A DNA stretch of 63,983 bases, the filler included, from Gonapodya sp. JEL0774 (lineage: Eukaryota), in the NCBI GenBank assembly GCA_027604505.1. It is 11 parts of 11 records of this genome, joined end to end, with 100 filler letters (N's around TTAATTAATTAA, not from the genome) between each part and the next. Parts side by side here need not be neighbours in the genome. Positions count along the whole stretch, not along the records: positions 58,427 to 63,983 come from JADIIX010000702.1; 10 more parts are not named here. One strand, given 5' to 3'. The notes beneath the pieces were generated by a model, which was not told the origin of the DNA, ran no database searches, and saw nothing but the letters and a program-made list of their open reading frames with translations. Shown in pieces: positions 61,401-63,983 of this stretch (position 1 is its first letter; each line of letters starts with the position of its first letter). The position numbers and the translations under genes were made by a program.

Positions 61401-62288
61401 CGAGGGTCGGATCATTTTCTTCGCCAGGAGGTCCGCGATCAACTCCTTGCATGCTTCCATATGATCGGCCCTCATTTGATAGTGCGGCTTGGACTTCGGG
61501 AAGGTCTTGCCCGGTAGCATGTCGATCTTGTAGTCCCATTCACCTCGGCTCGGGGGCAGGGTATTTGCGCGCGCCGGGTCGAACAGATGGGCGAAGGGTT
61601 TGTAGTAGTTCGGCCAATGGTCCGGAATTTTGAAGGTGGATTTTAGCGCAGGTTGAGGCTGTTCAACTAAAGAAACTACGTGTTGTGTACTCGCCATAAG
61701 TGGCGGGGGGACAGTGACGTCCCCCCTCGGCGGCTCCCCCGCAGATCCCAGGTCATCCATCCCTTCTCGAGTGGGTGTCCCTGCCGGATCTTGATGCGGG
61801 GGGCCGCCGAGAGGGGTGTTGAAACCGAGAACTTCGAGGGTCGACCAATTGACGTACGGCTGGTGTTGTTGAAACCATGGGAGTCCGAGTCGTATATCGT
61901 AGCCCCCCAGCGGGAGAATGAGGAAGGTGATCTGAGGCGATAATGGTGTGGAATTTGCATAGAGCGTGAGTGGTGTTGTTTGGTGCGTTATGAGGTGTGT
62001 CGAGTGGGAACCATCCCCGAGTTGCACAGTCATCGGTGGTTCGGTGGGTTCCTGTTTGATTGCATGACGTATGGCGTATTCATGGTCCATGATTGCGAGG
62101 AGATGGCATCCGGTATCGAGATCGACATATGGTGAAGTGCTTGTATTTGGAAAAGAAAATTGTACATTCCATTTTTGCAAATTCTTCTGCTCCACATCCA
62201 TCCCGCCTATCCGGACGCTGCTCCCGTTAGCATGCGCCTGCGGATGGCCCAGAGGTTGGCGATTTACCCCTGGGCCCGACCATTTCCC
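58427..62288 (-). CDS. pol: Pol polyprotein (protease, RT, RNase H, integrase, chromodomain), -1 frame relative to gag
   Basis: DTG protease, LRLCMDLR, YIDD, VDASDYGMG, HDALTAGHPG..CVSC, SDRGPQF, GPY/F (IGPYKI) and chromodomain YTVKQILD..EWLVDW..WEP. No stop before the scaffold end. Confidence 0.95.
59950..60044. repeat. Long inverted repeat (hairpin A) in the RNase H-integrase linker
   Basis: CCCCTCGGCGGCTCCCCCGCA (59950-59970) pairs with TGCGGGGGACCGCCGAGGGG (60025-60044). Confidence 0.85.
61721..61816. repeat. Long inverted repeat (hairpin B) in the protease-RT linker
   Basis: CCCCCCTCGGCGGCTCCCCCGCA (61721-61743) pairs with TGCGGGGGGCCGCCGAGAGGGG (61795-61816). Confidence 0.85.
62235..62288 (-). 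promoter_or_regulatory. -1 programmed ribosomal frameshift signal
   Basis: G GGA AAT heptamer in the gag frame, a 5-nt spacer, and a 10-bp stem GGCCCAGGGG/CCTCTGGGCC. The -1 frame is open into pol. Confidence 0.78.
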
Positions 62289-63598
62289 GCCGCCGGTCCC
62301 GTGCGTCCCCTCGGTCTAGTCTGCCCCCCCGATTGATCATTTTCGTCACGAGGCGGGCGTAGCTCGGGGTGTTTCGTCCAGCATGTATCAATTGCGTGAG
62401 TTTTATTGTACTTGTGGATTTCGCACCAGAACGGTTCTTTGCTGCTTGAACCGGGGTCAGTTGTACGGCCCGGCGGTTTTTTGAAACCTCGTGTCAACGG
62501 TGGTGGTGCCGTTTGTGCAATTTCGCGAACCTTGTTGATTGTAGATGCGAGGCTGTTGTGGTCGTATGCCGCCAGTATCAAACGTTCCTGTATCGATGGC
62601 CAGAGGCCCTGTGTGAATGGAGCGAGTAGTGCGTTGTCCGGGAATTTCACCCGTGCTCGAAGACCATTGAAACGGATCAGATATTGTGCGAATGACTCAG
62701 TAGGCCCTTGTTTGATATTGGTGATGTCGAGCCTTGCTTTGGTCTCTTGTAGAGGGTCTCCCAAGGCTTCGTCCATTTCAGCGAGGAAACCTGGCCAGGT
62801 GACGTCTTCTCCTGTGTTGGTTGCTCGTTCATAGTATCCGGCGAACCATTCGAATGGATATCCGTCGAGAGAGGTCGCCATGTGGGTGATCCTATGAAGT
62901 GGGTCGGCGAGTTCCTCAGACACCAGGACTGCCCAGTTGTCGAGTTGCTTCCGCCAGATCGGATAGTCTTCCGGACGTTTTCCATCGAATGTTTTAAGCT
63001 CCGGGATCTTGATCTTAGCCGTTGGTGTACGTCTGTACAGAGGTTCGGTGGCTGGGAGCTCACTTGGAGGGTCTCGAGGGTGCGTGAATCCTTCTAGTAG
63101 TCCGTCGATCTGGCCTTGCAGATCGGTATTTGACGTTTGTAGTTTTACGTTCTCCGTGCTAAGTGTTGAGATCTGGCCCTGGAGACGATCTATTTTCTCA
63201 TAGAGTGGTTGGAGGGCTTGCGAAAGAATGGTCTGGAAGTCGCCACTGTTGATTGCGGTACCTCCACTTCGGTCCTCATGTTTATCCTCTTGCTTTTTCA
63301 ACTGCTCGATCCGATTTGCGTTGAGCGCTATTCGTGTCTTCTGAGTGGTTTGGTCTCGGCGCAGTTCAGTCACGAGTTTGGTCAGTTCGTTGATCCGTTC
63401 GGTAAGGTCGTCATCTGTCTCCTCAGCTTCAGCCCTGTTCACGGTTACCACTGTGGCGGTGGTCTGTACTGTCTCGTCCATCGTGGTATCGCCGGGGGCC
63501 GGAGGTGGGTCGTCGCCAGTTGTTGTAGATTCGGCCGTCCGGAGCGAGTTACGCGTGGTGCGCCCGATCTTCGATATATCTTTGGCTTCTGGAGCCAT
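62264..63598 (-). CDS. gag: Gag (capsid plus zinc knuckle)
   Basis: 444-aa ORF with KIPELKTFDG, LDGYPFEWF, IKQGPTESFAQYLIRF, FTQGL and a CEIHKYNKTHAIDTC knuckle. Confidence 0.9.
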   Translation of the reverse strand: MAPEAKDISKIGRTTRNSLRTAESTTTGDDPPPAPGDTTMDETVQTTATVVTVNRAEAEETDDDLTERINELTKLVTELRRDQTTQKTRIALNANRIEQLKKQEDKHEDRSGGTAINSGDFQTILSQALQPLYEKIDRLQGQISTLSTENVKLQTSNTDLQGQIDGLLEGFTHPRDPPSELPATEPLYRRTPTAKIKIPELKTFDGKRPEDYPIWRKQLDNWAVLVSEELADPLHRITHMATSLDGYPFEWFAGYYERATNTGEDVTWPGFLAEMDEALGDPLQETKARLDITNIKQGPTESFAQYLIRFNGLRARVKFPDNALLAPFTQGLWPSIQERLILAAYDHNSLASTINKVREIAQTAPPPLTRGFKKPPGRTTDPGSSSKEPFWCEIHKYNKTHAIDTCWTKHPELRPPRDENDQSGGQTRPRGRTGPAAGNGRAQG

Positions 63599-63662
63599 TT
63601 TTTGGAAGCTGGTGGGGTGAGGAGTGGAGTTCGTGCCTCGACGATGGTTCCAGGTTTTTCTC

Positions 63663-63676
63663 CCCTACGTGGATTA
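63663..63676 (-). promoter_or_regulatory. Primer-binding site complementary to the element's own LTR (self-priming type)
   Basis: The minus strand reads ..GATATCA|TAATCCACGTAGGG. Its exact reverse complement lies at 63792-63805. Confidence 0.78.
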
Positions 63677-63983
63677 TGATATCACCCTAGGATATATCAC
63701 TGACAGACAATGTGAATATAATGTGAAGATATACATGACAACTATGAATGGAACAGTGTTCCTCTCCTCCTGCTCACCTGACAGACAATGATAATCCACG
63801 TAGGGAAGTCTGTCAGGGCAAGCCCAAGCCAAGGCCGTGTGGGTAATCTAGATCTAACGGGTTCCCTCGGGACCCTGCACTCCATGGTGCCCCCATGGGG
63901 GGTAACAGCGCAGTTCATGTCCCGACACATTTCCAAGATTCCAGACGCCAAACGCGGAACGATCGCCGAACTCAAATGTTGAA
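63677..63983 (-). repeat. 5' LTR, partial (R-U5 side)
   Basis: Non-coding DNA upstream of gag that ends in CA immediately before the PBS. No second LTR is available to confirm it. Confidence 0.65.

Larger units (their letters stand above)
58427..63983 (-). mobile_element. Ty3/gypsy chromovirus LTR retrotransposon (3' LTR missing at scaffold end)
   Basis: Partial 5' LTR, PBS, gag, and pol in the order PR-RT-RH-IN-chromodomain, with open frames. Confidence 0.95.

Noticed and set aside
59010..63679. Plus-strand ORFs antisense to gag/pol
   Set aside because: Short shadow ORFs expected opposite long GC-rich coding sequence; no motifs.
1..63983. Gene cluster of DNA and chromosome functions (UNG1, ORC4, SKA1, TFB1) or of glycosyltransferases
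   Set aside because: Most of these genes lie on different scaffolds joined artificially. SKA1 and TFB1 share a scaffold but have no evident functional link.

Overview
This window is not one locus. It is 11 unrelated eukaryotic scaffolds of about 5.7 kb, ordered by decreasing length (5786, 5779, 5773, 5755, 5753, 5746, 5723, 5708, 5704, 5699, then at least 5557 bp). They are joined by an artificial 100-bp spacer, N44-TTAATTAATTAA-N44. The genes are intron-rich (GT-AG) and fungal in character, and SKA1 points to an early-diverging, chytrid-like fungus (inference). Recognisable genes: an MFS transporter, a small secreted Cys-rich protein missed by the ORF track, a Pof1-like nucleotidyltransferase, an aldo-keto reductase, two tandem enoyl-reductase-like MDRs, a bacterial-type CitMHS_2 transporter with introns, UNG1, a GT2, a crotonase, 6-phosphofructo-2-kinase, an RGS protein, a PP1-docking protein, ORC4, a MYND protein, SKA1, TFB1, a GT17, tRNA-Arg(CCG) and a 5'-truncated tRNA-Gly(TCC). 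Mobile elements: a complete PIF/Harbinger nested in a decayed Dada/DUF6729-like transposon that carries an OTU protease domain, and an apparently intact chromovirus (Ty3/gypsy). The chromovirus has a self-priming PBS, a -1 frameshift signal, and two related long hairpins in frame in the Pol linkers. All family assignments come from recognising motifs by eye; no database searches were run.
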